From IMG/VR virus record IMGVR_UViG_3300025133_000036, positions 32,001 to 96,000 of that record: a stretch of DNA of 64,000 nucleotides. The stretch is one strand, 5' to 3'. This DNA comes from a virus. The notes beneath the pieces were generated by a model. It saw nothing but the letters and a program-made list of their open reading frames with translations, made no database searches and was not told the DNA's origin. The position numbers were made by a program, and so were the translations under genes. This document shows positions 20,680 to 32,348 of this stretch, in pieces. Position 1 is the first letter of the stretch; each line of letters starts with the position of its first letter.

Positions 20680-23600
20680 ATGCCTATACAATCAGAAGAT
20701 CTAGTACTAAGTGGATCGATTATATACAACCTCGATGAGGGTGGTGAGTTAACATTACCAAAAGTATCATCAGATCCCGCTACGTCAACGCTTGAAACCG
20801 GCTCTTTATTTTTTAATACAACAGATGATTTACCTAAATTTTTTACTGGTAATCAAATCTCTATATTTAGAGGTCCTCAAGGTTTTCAAGGTAATCAAGG
20901 TCGCCAAGGCCCGTTAGGACCATTAGGTCCACAAGGTAACCAAGGTAACCAAGGTAATCAAGGAAATACCGGCCCACTCGGTCCTCAAGGTAATCAAGGT
21001 CGCCAAGGCCCGTTAGGACCAACCGGACCACTCGGTCCTCAAGGAAATCAAGGCAATACAGGTCCACTCGGTCCTCAAGGTAATCAAGGCAATCAGGGCA
21101 ATCAAGGCAACCAAGGAAGACAAGGACCATTAGGTCCAACTGGTAATACAGGTCCACTCGGTCCTCAAGGTAACCAAGGCAATCAAGGAAGACAAGGACC
21201 ATTAGGTCCACTTGGACCATTAGGTCCACAAGGCAACCAAGGTCGTCAAGGTCCACTCGGCCCAACCGGTCCACTCGGTCCTCAAGGAAATCAAGGCAAT
21301 ACAGGTCCACTCGGTCCTCAAGGTTTTCAAGGTAATCAAGGTAACCAAGGAAATCAAGGCAGACAAGGACCACTCGGTCCTCAAGGTAACCAAGGTAATC
21401 AAGGCAGACAAGGACCACTCGGTCCTCAAGGTAACCAAGGTAATCAAGGAAGACAAGGCCCATTAGGTCCAACTGGTAATACAGGACCACTCGGTCCTCA
21501 AGGCAATCAAGGAAATCAAGGTGATGAAGGTAATTTTGGCGGAGCAGCTTTTTCATATGATTTTAGTACCTCAACAACTGATTCTGACCCTGGTTCCGGA
21601 ATTATTCGATTAAATAATATTCTTCAAGCCAATGCAACTATAATTTATATCGATGATGCTGATAAAGATGGCACCGATATACAAACTTATTTACGAACAA
21701 TAGATGACTCTACTTCAACCATTAAGGGTCACGTTAAAATTACAAATAAATTAGACTCAAGTCAGTTTATACTATGGACAATTTCTTCACTTGCTGAAGC
21801 ATCAGGATATTTTAAAATAACTGTTTCACCAGTTGATGATTCTAATGAAACACCTGGCCCATTTGATAACGGTGAAGATATTTTAATCACATTTGCCAGA
21901 ACAGGTGATAAAGGTGATACAGGAGCACAAGGCAATCAAGGTAGACAAGGTCCACTTGGACCACAGGGACCAACCGGTCCACTTGGACCACAAGGAAATC
22001 AAGGTAACCAAGGTAATCAAGGCAGACAAGGCCCACTCGGCCCTCAAGGTAACCAAGGAAGACAAGGACCATTAGGTCCACTCGGTCCTCAAGGTAATCA
22101 AGGAAATACTGGCCCACTCGGTCCTCAAGGAAATCAAGGTAACCAAGGTAATCAAGGTCGCCAAGGACCATTAGGTCCAACCGGACCATTAGGTCCAACC
22201 GGACCACTCGGACCCCAAGGCAATCAAGGAAGACAAGGCCCACTTGGACCACTCGGACCCCAAGGCAATCAAGGCAATACCGGCCCAACCGGTCCACTCG
22301 GCCCAACCGGTCCTCAAGGAAATCAAGGTAATCAAGGCAGACAAGGCCCATTAGGTCCTACAGGTAGTATTGGTCCTCAAGGCCCAACAGGCCTAACTGG
22401 ACCCCAAGGTAATCAAGGAAGACAAGGCCCACTTGGACCACAAGGTTTTCAAGGTAATCAAGGAAGACAAGGCCCACTTGGACCACAAGGTTTTCAAGGT
22501 AATCAAGGAAGACAAGGCCCACTTGGACCAGTCGGTCCAGACGGTCCTAGAGGCTATCAAGGTTTTCAAGGTAATCAAGGTCGTCAAGGCCCACTTGGAC
22601 CACAAGGTAATCAAGGTCGTCAAGGCCCACTTGGACCACAAGGTTTTCAAGGTAATCAAGGTCGTCAAGGCCCACTTGGACCACAAGGTTTTCAAGGTAA
22701 TCAAGGTCGTCAAGGCCCAATCGGTCCACAAGGTTTTCAAGGTAACCAAGGAAGACAAGGCCCACTTGGTCCAGTCGGTCCAGACGGTCCTAGAGGCTAT
22801 CAAGGTTTTCAAGGTAATCAAGGAAGACAAGGCCCACTCGGCCCTCAAGGTAACCAAGGAAGACAAGGCCCACTTGGACCAGTCGGTCCAGACGGTCCTA
22901 GAGGCTATCAAGGTTTTCAAGGTAATCAAGGAAGACAAGGCCCACTTGGACCACAAGGTAATCAAGGAAGACAAGGCCCACTTGGACCACAAGGTTTTCA
23001 AGGTAATCAAGGTCCACTTGGACCAGACGGTCCAGACGGTCCTAGAGGTTATCAAGGTTATCAAGGTAATCAAGGTCGTCAAGGCCCACTTGGACCACAA
23101 GGTAATCAAGGAAGACAAGGCCCACTTGGACCACAAGGTAATCAAGGAAGACAAGGCCCACTTGGACCACAAGGTTTTCAAGGTAATCAAGGTCCACTTG
23201 GACCAGACGGTCCAGACGGTCCTAGAGGTTATCAAGGTTATCAAGGTAATCAAGGTCGTCAAGGCCCACTTGGACCACAAGGTTTTCAAGGTAATCAAGG
23301 TCGTCAAGGACCACTTGGACCAGACGGTCCAGACGGTCCTAGAGGTTATCAAGGTTATCAAGGTAATCAAGGTCGTCAAGGACCACTCGGTCCTCAAGGC
23401 AGACAAGGCCCAATCGGTCCTCAAGGCAGACAAGGCCCAATCGGTCCACAAGGTTTTCAAGGTAATCAAGGTCGTCAAGGCCCAATCGGTCCACAAGGTT
23501 TTCAAGGTAATCAAGGTCGTCAAGGCCCAATCGGACCACAAGGACCTAGAGGTTATCAAGGTTATCAAGGTAATCAAGGTCGTCAAGGACCACAGGGTGA

Positions 23601-24060
23601 TAGAGGCTATCAAGGTTATCAAGGTAATCAAGGTCGTCAAGGCCCACTCGGACCAACAGGAAATACAGGACCAACAGGAAATACAGGACCAACAGGAAAT
23701 ACAGGCCCAACTGGAAATACAGGTCCAGCTGGTGCAGCAACTACAATATTTAGTTGGGATTTAGCAGGTGGATTTGCTGGAACATGGTATACTTTACCCA
23801 AGCATGCTAGTATGGGCGCATTCACTACAGTAAACCTTTATAGAGTTTGTTCAACAGGGACAGCAACAATAACTGTTCAATACAAAACCAGTATTGGTGG
23901 ATCTTGGTCCAGTGTTACTAATTTAACAAGTGAAACTTTTGATACTACAGAAAGATTAGAAACAGATGGTTCATTGTCTACTTCCGGAAATGTTTGGTTT
24001 AGAATCTATGCATCTGCATCATCTATGTCTAACGGAATTGTTTGTGTCTCTATCTCTTAG
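20680..24060 (+). CDS. Collagen-like fibre protein 2 (1126 aa)
   Basis: Two G-X-Y blocks around one copy of the shared ~128-aa domain, then a ~110-aa C-terminal beta domain; GAGGAG SD. Confidence 0.9.
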   Translation: MPIQSEDLVLSGSIIYNLDEGGELTLPKVSSDPATSTLETGSLFFNTTDDLPKFFTGNQISIFRGPQGFQGNQGRQGPLGPLGPQGNQGNQGNQGNTGPLGPQGNQGRQGPLGPTGPLGPQGNQGNTGPLGPQGNQGNQGNQGNQGRQGPLGPTGNTGPLGPQGNQGNQGRQGPLGPLGPLGPQGNQGRQGPLGPTGPLGPQGNQGNTGPLGPQGFQGNQGNQGNQGRQGPLGPQGNQGNQGRQGPLGPQGNQGNQGRQGPLGPTGNTGPLGPQGNQGNQGDEGNFGGAAFSYDFSTSTTDSDPGSGIIRLNNILQANATIIYIDDADKDGTDIQTYLRTIDDSTSTIKGHVKITNKLDSSQFILWTISSLAEASGYFKITVSPVDDSNETPGPFDNGEDILITFARTGDKGDTGAQGNQGRQGPLGPQGPTGPLGPQGNQGNQGNQGRQGPLGPQGNQGRQGPLGPLGPQGNQGNTGPLGPQGNQGNQGNQGRQGPLGPTGPLGPTGPLGPQGNQGRQGPLGPLGPQGNQGNTGPTGPLGPTGPQGNQGNQGRQGPLGPTGSIGPQGPTGLTGPQGNQGRQGPLGPQGFQGNQGRQGPLGPQGFQGNQGRQGPLGPVGPDGPRGYQGFQGNQGRQGPLGPQGNQGRQGPLGPQGFQGNQGRQGPLGPQGFQGNQGRQGPIGPQGFQGNQGRQGPLGPVGPDGPRGYQGFQGNQGRQGPLGPQGNQGRQGPLGPVGPDGPRGYQGFQGNQGRQGPLGPQGNQGRQGPLGPQGFQGNQGPLGPDGPDGPRGYQGYQGNQGRQGPLGPQGNQGRQGPLGPQGNQGRQGPLGPQGFQGNQGPLGPDGPDGPRGYQGYQGNQGRQGPLGPQGFQGNQGRQGPLGPDGPDGPRGYQGYQGNQGRQGPLGPQGRQGPIGPQGRQGPIGPQGFQGNQGRQGPIGPQGFQGNQGRQGPIGPQGPRGYQGYQGNQGRQGPQGDRGYQGYQGNQGRQGPLGPTGNTGPTGNTGPTGNTGPTGNTGPAGAATTIFSWDLAGGFAGTWYTLPKHASMGAFTTVNLYRVCSTGTATITVQYKTSIGGSWSSVTNLTSETFDTTERLETDGSLSTSGNVWFRIYASASSMSNGIVCVSIS

Positions 24061-24400
24061 TACAACTTTATCTAATGGTAAAACTTTATCTCAATTTTAT
24101 GATGACTACTTTCAATGGACAGCGGATAATCTTTTTGACGACTTTACGAATGAAGAGCAATCCGCATTGAAAGATGTCTTTATTATTTCAGATAATACGA
24201 TTGTTGAAGCATATAAAAATGATAATTCTATAACCTGGGATTCTTCAATAACTACAGAAAACGGTACAGAGGTAATTTCCCAATACTATTTAAATGTCTT
24301 TATACCATATAGGAGTTATCATGATGATCTTGTAGCTATGGATTGCTACACTGAATATAAATATGAATCTTTAATGGAAGTAATAGGAGACCTAATTTAA
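24044..24400 (+). CDS. Hypothetical protein, possible fibre chaperone or adaptor (probable GTG start at 24044)
   Basis: The ORF-track start 23966 overlaps the fibre gene by 95 nt. The in-frame GTG at 24044 gives a short overlap, and the stop overlaps the next ATG. Confidence 0.6.
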   Translation: MSLSLSTTLSNGKTLSQFYDDYFQWTADNLFDDFTNEEQSALKDVFIISDNTIVEAYKNDNSITWDSSITTENGTEVISQYYLNVFIPYRSYHDDLVAMDCYTEYKYESLMEVIGDLI

Positions 24401-26595
24401 TGGCTTACGGATTTCAACTAATGGGCGGAAACCATGATATAGATGATGGATCAGCTATTAATCGAAAATATACTCATGGTTTTTGGTCGCATAAAAACCC
24501 ATTTGTGATTAAAGATACTAAAGCTGAAGATAATGGTGCCAATCCTTATTATGGTTATACTGCTATTCCATACATTAGTAAAGAAAGCAGTAGTACTTAT
24601 TATGATATAAGATTGGCTATGTTAGGTAATGATGATTCCAAAATAGAAGATAATTATTTAGTTACCTACTATACTAGTAAATATTCTTATTTCCCTATTG
24701 CTTATTGGGTTAAATGGGATGTTCTTTTAGTTATATGGTGTACGAGAAAGATTGGGATGAGAAGGGCCGTACTTAAATATAATGGGGGAACAAGCTTTAC
24801 TGTTATAGCATCGGCAGCTACTATTTTTTCTCATACAGGTAATTATGATTATAATGTATGGCCCCTTATAAAAAGGGATGCTTATGGAGCTTTGCATATT
24901 ATATACGGATATAGGGGTACTACTTGTAAATTGAGATATTATTATTTTAATAATGACGGAGGAGATGGCAATGAATATGATTCCACCTATTGGGCGACAG
25001 CCAATTTTTTATTGGGTAAGGAATGGACTAGTAGTTCTTCGCCCGCTTTCGGTGGGAATGCCACCTACCCTGAGGCTACTTTCTTAGACATTATAGATGA
25101 TACTCTTATAATAGGAGGTGTATCTCCAGAATCATCCAATGTAAATAAGATAAAGGTAACACATAAGAGTTTAGCTACGGCTTATAATAGTTGGCCCAGT
25201 TCTTGGACTTTAGATTCCGGCGAATTACCGGCGAACTCTGTATCCTACAGTAGTAAGTGGAGACATTATGGTCCGGGAAATACAACTGTAGTTAATGCTT
25301 CAGATGGGAGTACTTATGGGGGTGCTAGATATCTGATATTTTCTTTTAATAAAGTTTATTATAGCTCAACTTATTATTGCCCATTTGTATCAAAAATAAC
25401 ATTAGATTCATCTGGGGCACCCACGGCTATTACTGTATCTGGCGGGGATTTAGGTTTCATGTATCCCACTGCTGCTGCTGGCACTGGACCACTTATTAAT
25501 GATGGAAAATCTTGTAGGGGTATGGGAATATTTCCTGTTTATCCTGCTGGATTTACACAGCTTTACGTAGATAGAGCAAGTCAACAAACTACTGATGCAA
25601 GAACTCTACAAGCTGTAAGGTGGACCCTTGGAAGCTCCGCGGATGATAATTCTACTATTAATACAAATCCACAACGAGTACATTTTGATGCGGCCGGCCT
25701 AGGAGGTGGAACCGCAGATAACTCAATGCTCATGATTGAAGGCGGATCTTCAGGCATCCGGGAATTTGAGCACCTTCTTCAAGATGTTGCTAACTGGGGA
25801 CAATTTAATCAGCAACATTCTGAAATGCACGTTTCTACCCCGGGTACTTTTTTGTCCCAGTTTGCCACTCATCCTCGAGCTGGCGTATATTTTGCGGACC
25901 ATGGTCCAACAGCTGACGATAGTAAGGGTGTAACATATAACCTAGGTAAACAAAACAAAGCATGGAGATGGATCGCAAGAGAAAAAAGTGATACTACAGA
26001 TAAATATTTAAGAGTTAGTGATACTCATGCTGAATTTCATAATACTATTTCCCCTGGTGGTGGTACTGAAAAGCTGGATAGTGAAATATTTTGGTCTATG
26101 GATAGAGAATCGACTTATGCAGCCAGGGGTGCTTGTGTATTAAGTGCAATGGACAATGATCCTGGGTCCTTATCTTTTAGTAATGAAGGATCAGATGATA
26201 GTGAGATGGACTTTGAAATTTCTGATATTGATTCTTTACTAACCAGTACAGCCTCTCCTTCTTCCACTAATCATCAAATGCCGGCTTATATTAGGGTTGT
26301 AGCTTTTGTACAGGGGGATGAACCTTCAAATGCGGACTTTAATAAATCTCTAGATCCATTTGGAAGTACAAGTATTATAGGTGATGCTGCAGGGGAAACA
26401 GGAATGGTTCCTTTAGATTTTAATAACAATATTTTTACCGGGAATATACAATGGTCTGTACCTAGTCAGGAGCCAATGGTGATATTTTATGCTTTTTATG
26501 ATGGTAGAAGATTACCTTGTATGATGAATACAACAGTATCTACAAATGGTTATAGAAGCGGTCAATATTATGGAAAGGCAACAACGGCCGCTTAA
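24400..26595 (+). CDS. Hypothetical Tyr/Ser/Gly-rich beta protein, candidate receptor-binding or fibre-tip protein
   Basis: 731 aa between collagen fibre genes; AGGAG SD; no family motif recognised. Confidence 0.65.
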   Translation: MAYGFQLMGGNHDIDDGSAINRKYTHGFWSHKNPFVIKDTKAEDNGANPYYGYTAIPYISKESSSTYYDIRLAMLGNDDSKIEDNYLVTYYTSKYSYFPIAYWVKWDVLLVIWCTRKIGMRRAVLKYNGGTSFTVIASAATIFSHTGNYDYNVWPLIKRDAYGALHIIYGYRGTTCKLRYYYFNNDGGDGNEYDSTYWATANFLLGKEWTSSSSPAFGGNATYPEATFLDIIDDTLIIGGVSPESSNVNKIKVTHKSLATAYNSWPSSWTLDSGELPANSVSYSSKWRHYGPGNTTVVNASDGSTYGGARYLIFSFNKVYYSSTYYCPFVSKITLDSSGAPTAITVSGGDLGFMYPTAAAGTGPLINDGKSCRGMGIFPVYPAGFTQLYVDRASQQTTDARTLQAVRWTLGSSADDNSTINTNPQRVHFDAAGLGGGTADNSMLMIEGGSSGIREFEHLLQDVANWGQFNQQHSEMHVSTPGTFLSQFATHPRAGVYFADHGPTADDSKGVTYNLGKQNKAWRWIAREKSDTTDKYLRVSDTHAEFHNTISPGGGTEKLDSEIFWSMDRESTYAARGACVLSAMDNDPGSLSFSNEGSDDSEMDFEISDIDSLLTSTASPSSTNHQMPAYIRVVAFVQGDEPSNADFNKSLDPFGSTSIIGDAAGETGMVPLDFNNNIFTGNIQWSVPSQEPMVIFYAFYDGRRLPCMMNTTVSTNGYRSGQYYGKATTAA

Positions 26596-26653
26596 TAACA
26601 TTATTTATAATTCAAAGGAAACCGAAAAATGAATAAAATAAATGAGATAGTAA

Positions 26654-29600
26654 ATGGCTAGCCCTCCTAGTTTAAAGTCATCTTTATCATTTAGGAAAAA
26701 ATTATTTGTTAAAGCTAGTACTTCAACACATAAATCTGCAATTTCGAGTTCTTCCGATGTTTCATTTGACAGATCTGGTGTAAGGGCTGATGCAGCCGTT
26801 CATACATATGTAAAAGCATCCGATGAGCATGTCGTTTCAGAACAGTTTTATGATCAAATATCTCAATCAAGAGATTCAGGGTCATATATTTTTGATCAGG
26901 GAGTAGCTTTTTATACTGCACCGTTAGCACTTTCCATAGAAGAAATGCGCGATGATGTAGAGAATATTCATACATATGTTGCAAATGCCGGCGTACAAGG
27001 TAACCAAGGCAACCAAGGTAACCAAGGAAGACAAGGAAGACAGGGTCCAACTGGCGCTGACGGTACAAGAGGCGCTACAGGAGCTACAGGAGCAAAAGGT
27101 TCTACAGGTACACAAGGAAATCAAGGCAACCAAGGTCGTCAAGGACCACAGGGTCCTCAAGGCAATCAAGGAAATCAAGGTCGTCAAGGACCACTCGGAC
27201 CTCAAGGCAATCAAGGAAATCAAGGTCGTCAAGGTCGTCAAGGACCACTCGGACCTCAAGGCAATCAAGGAAATCAAGGCAACCAAGGCAATCAAGGACC
27301 AATAGGAAATACCGGCACTACAGGTACAACAGGCGCTCAAGGCAGACAAGGACCAGAAGGTAATTTTGGAGGGTCCACATTCGAATATAAATTTAATACA
27401 TCAACTAGTACGGCAGACCCGGGCGCTGGATTTTTTTCATTAAATAATTCTACTCAAAATTCTTCAACTGTTATGTCTATAGATGATGCTGACGTCGGTG
27501 GAGAAGATATACAAACCTATTTGAGAACTATTGATGATTCTACGTCTACAATTAAGGGTCATTTTAAAATGTCAAATAAGACCGATAGTGATCAGTTTAT
27601 TCTTATGACGATCACCAGGGTGTCAGAGGGAACTGGATATTTTGAAGTTACTGGAGCAGTTGTAGCTTCATCTGATAGTTCGCCATTTAGTAGTGGTGAA
27701 GAATGTATAATTACATTTGCTAGAACTGGTGACAAAGGAGATACAGGCGCAAAAGGTAGTACAGGTGCAAAAGGTAGTACAGGCGATACCGGTCCTAGAG
27801 GTTATCAAGGTTTTCAAGGCAATCAAGGAAATCAAGGTCGTCAAGGACCACAGGGTCCTCAAGGCAATCAAGGCAACCAAGGTCGTCAAGGACCACTTGG
27901 ACCACTTGGACCACAAGGCAACCAAGGTAATCAAGGAAGACAAGGTCCACTTGGTCCTCAAGGCAATCAAGGCAATCAAGGTAGACAAGGACCATTAGGC
28001 CCAACTGGTGGCGACGGTGCAAAAGGCAGTACAGGTGCAAAAGGCGATACAGGTTCTAGAGGCTATCAGGGTTTTCAAGGCAATCAAGGTAATCAGGGCA
28101 ACCAAGGCCGACAAGGACCATTAGGCCCAACTGGAAATGTTGGACCAACTGGTGCTGCCGGTGCAAAAGGTAGTACTGGTACAACAGGTGCTCAAGGTGA
28201 CACTGGTGCAACAGGCGATACAGGCTCAACAGGCGGTACAGGCCCAACAGGTTCTAGAGGTTATCAGGGTTTTCAAGGTAATCAAGGTAATCAGGGTAGA
28301 CAAGGACCATTAGGCCCAACCGGACCATTAGGTAATAGGGGTGCTCAGGGAAATACAGGACCAACCGGACCAACCGGACCAATCGGTCCTAGAGGCTATC
28401 AGGGTTTTCAAGGTAATCAAGGAAGACAAGGACCATTAGGCCCAACCGGTACTACAGGTCCAACAGGCGGTACAGGTGCAAAAGGTAGTACAGGTGCAAA
28501 AGGTAGTACAGGTGGTACCGGTCCTAGAGGTTATCAAGGTTTTCAAGGAAATCAAGGAAATCAAGGTAATCAAGGTAGACAAGGACCACTAGGCCCAACT
28601 GGAAATACAGGTCCAACTGGTGCAAAAGGTGATACCGGTCCTAGAGGTTATCAAGGTTTTCAAGGTAATCAAGGAAGACAAGGCCCACTCGGACCTACAG
28701 GAAATATAGGACCTACAGGAAATATAGGACCTACAGGAAATATAGGACCTAGAGGTTATCAAGGTAATCAGGGCAACCAAGGCCGACAAGGACCATTAGG
28801 CCCAACTGGAAATGTTGGACCAACTGGTGCTGCCGGTGCAAAAGGTAGTACTGGTGATAGAGGTGCTCAAGGTAATACAGGTCCAACAGGCGGTACAGGT
28901 GCAAAAGGCGATACAGGCTCAACAGGCGGTACAGGTTCTAGAGGCTATCAGGGTTTTCAAGGTAATCAAGGAAGACAGGGACCATTAGGTCCAATTGGAA
29001 ATACGGGTCCCAGAGGTAACACAGGCGCAATAGGTACACAAGGCGCTACAGGAGCTACTGGTGCAAAGGGTAGTACAGGAGCTGCTGGTCCAACAGGCGG
29101 TACAGGTCCAACAGGCGGTACAGGTTCTAGAGGCTATCAGGGTTTTCAAGGCAATCAAGGAAGACAAGGACCATTAGGCCCAACAGGACCAACAGGAAAT
29201 ATAGGTCCACTCGGTCCTAGAGGCTATCAGGGTTTTCAAGGCAATCAAGGTAGACAAGGACCACTAGGCCCAACTGGAAATACAGGTCCAACTGGTGCAA
29301 AAGGTGATACCGGTGCAAAGGGTAGTACAGGCGCAAAAGGTAGTACAGGCCCAACAGGCGGTACAGGTACTCAAGGTCGTCAAGGACCAATCGGTCCAGG
29401 TTCGAATGTAGCCGGACCACAAGGCCTAACAGGCCCACTAGGCCCAACAGGAAATACTGGTCCAACTGGAACTACAGGACCAGCTGGTCCTAGAGGCTAT
29501 CAGGGTTTTCAAGGCAATCAAGGTAGACAAGGACCACTAGGCCCAACTGGAAATACAGGTCCAACAGGTGGTGCTGGAAGTACTGGCCCACAAGGAAGAC

Positions 29601-29704
29601 AAGGACCTGCAGGATCCGGCACTTATTCTACAACATGGAATTTAAACTCTAGAACTAGTTATACAGTTACCGTGACAAAAGGATTAATAACAAATATCAG
29701 ATAA
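26654..29704 (+). CDS. Collagen-like fibre protein 3 (1016 aa), rich in G-X-T triplets
   Basis: G-X-Y blocks (GPT, GST, GDT, GNT, GAK, GNQ) with one copy of the shared domain; short C-terminus [13 protein letters not shown]. Confidence 0.9.
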   Translation: MASPPSLKSSLSFRKKLFVKASTSTHKSAISSSSDVSFDRSGVRADAAVHTYVKASDEHVVSEQFYDQISQSRDSGSYIFDQGVAFYTAPLALSIEEMRDDVENIHTYVANAGVQGNQGNQGNQGRQGRQGPTGADGTRGATGATGAKGSTGTQGNQGNQGRQGPQGPQGNQGNQGRQGPLGPQGNQGNQGRQGRQGPLGPQGNQGNQGNQGNQGPIGNTGTTGTTGAQGRQGPEGNFGGSTFEYKFNTSTSTADPGAGFFSLNNSTQNSSTVMSIDDADVGGEDIQTYLRTIDDSTSTIKGHFKMSNKTDSDQFILMTITRVSEGTGYFEVTGAVVASSDSSPFSSGEECIITFARTGDKGDTGAKGSTGAKGSTGDTGPRGYQGFQGNQGNQGRQGPQGPQGNQGNQGRQGPLGPLGPQGNQGNQGRQGPLGPQGNQGNQGRQGPLGPTGGDGAKGSTGAKGDTGSRGYQGFQGNQGNQGNQGRQGPLGPTGNVGPTGAAGAKGSTGTTGAQGDTGATGDTGSTGGTGPTGSRGYQGFQGNQGNQGRQGPLGPTGPLGNRGAQGNTGPTGPTGPIGPRGYQGFQGNQGRQGPLGPTGTTGPTGGTGAKGSTGAKGSTGGTGPRGYQGFQGNQGNQGNQGRQGPLGPTGNTGPTGAKGDTGPRGYQGFQGNQGRQGPLGPTGNIGPTGNIGPTGNIGPRGYQGNQGNQGRQGPLGPTGNVGPTGAAGAKGSTGDRGAQGNTGPTGGTGAKGDTGSTGGTGSRGYQGFQGNQGRQGPLGPIGNTGPRGNTGAIGTQGATGATGAKGSTGAAGPTGGTGPTGGTGSRGYQGFQGNQGRQGPLGPTGPTGNIGPLGPRGYQGFQGNQGRQGPLGPTGNTGPTGAKGDTGAKGSTGAKGSTGPTGGTGTQGRQGPIGPGSNVAGPQGLTGPLGPTGNTGPTGTTGPAGPRGYQGFQGNQGRQGPLGPTGNTGPTGGAGSTGPQGRQGPAGSGTYSTTWNLNSRTSYTVTVTKGLITNIR

Positions 29705-29720
29705 TTTTCTGTTTTTTACG

Positions 29721-29746
29721 TGTTAGATAAATATATATTATAAATA
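29721..29746 (+). promoter_or_regulatory. Putative promoter TGTTAGAT-nn-ATATATATTA (overlapping TATAAATA) for the modification-enzyme cluster
   Basis: Matches 39993-40012 at 18 of 20 nt; ATATATATT also occurs at 13326, 51456, 56028 and 56510. Confidence 0.55.
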
Positions 29747-29759
29747 ATAGAGGTTTTTT

Positions 29760-30356
29760 TTGAATACAGAATGGTGTTATTATAGTAATGCTTTTACAAG
29801 TGACGAGTGTGATGAAATAGTTAAATTGGGTAAAACTTACGATTTAACTACTGGTTTTTTAGGTGATGGTTCTTATGGAGTTGACTCTAGAAGAGATTTT
29901 ACATATAGAAATAGCAATCTAAGGTTCATTGATAAAGACGAACCTGGCAGTAATTGGATATTTGATAAAATGTGGAAACTTGCTATTCAGTGCAATGAAG
30001 AGTGGTTCAATTTTCATATATCTACATTGCCAGCATTCCAATTTACAGAATATATAGGCAATACTGAAAATCCACAGTTTTATACAGAACATATAGACGT
30101 GTTTTGGGTTACAGAAGCTCCTTTTCATAGAAAACTTTCAGCGGTAGTACAATTATCAGAAAATACTGAGTATACAGGTGGAACATTAGAGTTTACTTCT
30201 TCTAATCAACCGCTGCATGATCAACAAATATATGAAATGGCTCAAAAAGGTACAGTTATTTTTTTCCCATCATTTCTGCAACATGCAGTCTCACCAGTGA
30301 CAGAGGGGTTACGACATAGTTTAGTTGGATGGTTTGAAGGACCTAAATGGAGATAA
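29760..30356 (+). CDS. 2OG-Fe(II) oxygenase (prolyl-hydroxylase/PKHD-like)
   Basis: HxD (EHID), RKLSAVVQLS, YTGGTLEF and FPSFLQHAVSPVTEGLRHSLVGW supply the HxD...H...RxS motifs. Confidence 0.9.
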   Translation: MNTEWCYYSNAFTSDECDEIVKLGKTYDLTTGFLGDGSYGVDSRRDFTYRNSNLRFIDKDEPGSNWIFDKMWKLAIQCNEEWFNFHISTLPAFQFTEYIGNTENPQFYTEHIDVFWVTEAPFHRKLSAVVQLSENTEYTGGTLEFTSSNQPLHDQQIYEMAQKGTVIFFPSFLQHAVSPVTEGLRHSLVGWFEGPKWR

Positions 30357-30357
30357 C

Positions 30358-31422
30358 ATGAAAAAGTTTTGTATTAATACATTAGTACATAATGCTAAAG
30401 ATAGAAAAAGATTGCTTAAATCTACAATACAATATTTTATGACTAACACTGATTTAAATCAAGAATTAGATTGGTATGTACTTGTTAATGGATCTACAGA
30501 TAATTGGAAAACTTTTGCCACACAAATAACGTCAGAATTTTCAAATATTAATTGGCATTTTGAACATTCAGAAGTCAATTTAGGTGTTGGGGCAGGAATT
30601 AATAAATTAAATCAGATTTCAAGTGAATACGAGTATACATTATTTTTAGAGGGAGATTGGTTTTGTGTTCCTGAACATGTATCATTTATACCTAAAGATT
30701 GGCTATCAACATCTTTAAAATATCTCGATACCAATGTAGATATTTCACAAATAGTTTTACGAAAATATATAGATGATACTGATGATAGACAGTATGGTTA
30801 TGGGTATTGGATTCAGAATGAAAATGTGGACAAAGTAGATACTTTTAACGGTATTGAATTTATAAGACTTCTTAAACGTGAATATTCAAACAATCCACAT
30901 ATTCGACGAAATAGTGAGTATTTCACCACCGGAATATTTCCGTTAAAGGAATTTTATGATGAGAAAGGAGTACCTTCAGAACATAAAGATCATGTCGATT
31001 GGGGTCAAGCCGAAATACATGCTGAATCTAAAGGCTATAACATAAAATCTGTATTTCCAAAATTTGGAAAATTTATACACGGCGACGGATACTCGTACGA
31101 TTTACAATTACTTCAACCAACAGGCTGTGGATCTTGTAAATACGGATTAATGACTCCTATAAAAATGTGGTGCTATTCTTGTACTGATGATAATGATTTT
31201 GGGCAATTTTCACAACATCAACAATTTTTTGAACGCAATATACATCCTGTATTAAATGAGTCAATTGACAAAGCTAAACAAATTTGTAGAACATATCATA
31301 CGGCCGATCATGATGAAGTTTTTGTTAAAAGAAAAAACTCTTATAAATTATCAGAAGAAGAATTAAACGATGAAGAACGCTTCAATCCAGTCAGTCGTAT
31401 AACAAAAGAAGGAACAACGTAA
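30358..31422 (+). CDS. Putative glycosyltransferase (GT-A fold) with C-terminal CxxC...CxxC
   Basis: VLVNGSTD, NLGVGAGINK, LFLEGDW (DxD-like) and YSNNPHIRR. GGAG SD supports ATG 30358. Confidence 0.7.
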   Translation: MKKFCINTLVHNAKDRKRLLKSTIQYFMTNTDLNQELDWYVLVNGSTDNWKTFATQITSEFSNINWHFEHSEVNLGVGAGINKLNQISSEYEYTLFLEGDWFCVPEHVSFIPKDWLSTSLKYLDTNVDISQIVLRKYIDDTDDRQYGYGYWIQNENVDKVDTFNGIEFIRLLKREYSNNPHIRRNSEYFTTGIFPLKEFYDEKGVPSEHKDHVDWGQAEIHAESKGYNIKSVFPKFGKFIHGDGYSYDLQLLQPTGCGSCKYGLMTPIKMWCYSCTDDNDFGQFSQHQQFFERNIHPVLNESIDKAKQICRTYHTADHDEVFVKRKNSYKLSEEELNDEERFNPVSRITKEGTT

Positions 31423-32348
31423 TGTTAAGACCTGAAAATATATTTTGCCATGAAACTTTTGATGATGGCGTTTTTATATTCATAGAAGATAATTTATTTA
31501 ATGGATGGATTGCATCAAAATATAAAATAAATGAGCTTTTACTTGGAACACAAAAAGTTGTAATAAGCGACAACCTTCGCCAAGACGTTATTGATGAATA
31601 TGCAACACAAGGTATAATCATACAAGAAGCGTGGGAAGTTCAATTTCCTATTTCTGATTCGAGTCAAGCATTTGATCCTTTATATGTCAAATATAATTCG
31701 GGCACCAGTGAAGTAACTTCAAAATTAGGTACACTTGAAAAGTTTTACGTATATGGTTCTGGATTCCATAATACTGATGCTAAAGAGATTATAGTTGTCG
31801 ATAATTTTTATGAAGATCCCATGGCGATCAGAAACTTTGCTATCAATAATTTACAGTTTGAAGAGAAAGAGTATCACAGAGGCCTTTCTACCGCACCATG
31901 GACTTTATTTGGAACACAAGAGAAATTCGAAAAAATATTGGGTACGAATATACTCGATTGGAATAATCCAAATTTAAGAAATGGTCAATTTCAATATGTA
32001 ATAGGAAGCGATCCTATAGTTCATCATGTCGATGAAAATATCATGGCCGGCTTGGTATATTTAACACCAGATGCTCCGTTCGATTCCGGAACGAGTTTAT
32101 ATCAAAGCAAAATATCAGAAAAAAGGAAGTATGATCCCAATGGACCAGATACCACGGAATACGAGAAAGTATTCAATGACAATTTTTATAGTCGATATAA
32201 ATTTACAGAAACTGACAGAATTGGAAACGTTTTTAATAGATTAGTACTATTTAATTCGTTTAATATACATTCTGCAACACAACACTTTGGAGCAACCCTT
32301 ACAGATGCACGATTCTTTCATATATTCTTTTTTAACGTGGAATTCTAA
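31422..32348 (+). CDS. 2OG-Fe(II) oxygenase-like protein (DUF6445-type C-terminal domain) with N-terminal extension
   Basis: IIVVDNFYEDP, HVD, AGLVYLTPDAP, SGTSLY and NVFNRLVLF...HSA. Confidence 0.75.
   Translation: MLRPENIFCHETFDDGVFIFIEDNLFNGWIASKYKINELLLGTQKVVISDNLRQDVIDEYATQGIIIQEAWEVQFPISDSSQAFDPLYVKYNSGTSEVTSKLGTLEKFYVYGSGFHNTDAKEIIVVDNFYEDPMAIRNFAINNLQFEEKEYHRGLSTAPWTLFGTQEKFEKILGTNILDWNNPNLRNGQFQYVIGSDPIVHHVDENIMAGLVYLTPDAPFDSGTSLYQSKISEKRKYDPNGPDTTEYEKVFNDNFYSRYKFTETDRIGNVFNRLVLFNSFNIHSATQHFGATLTDARFFHIFFFNVEF

Larger units (their letters stand above)
13615..29610 (+). repeat. Collagen G-X-Y coding repeat arrays (9-nt ggtaatcaa/ggtaaccaa units and 27-36-nt higher-order units) across three genes
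   Basis: Direct reading of DNA and protein; includes an exact 180-nt tandem duplication 22921-23100/23101-23280. Confidence 0.95.

Noticed and set aside
13556-29465. Dozens of alternative-frame and antisense ORFs (KVIKVTK..., LDYLGYL..., LITLVTL...) over the collagen genes
   Set aside because: They are shadows of the stop-poor 9-nt GGT-AAY-CAA repeats, with no SD or independent complexity.
13615-29610. Repeat arrays as CRISPR or a diversity-generating retroelement
   Set aside because: Repeats are in-frame coding triplets with synonymous variation and no repeat-spacer pattern. No cas or reverse transcriptase gene and no adenine-specific TR/VR pair were seen.
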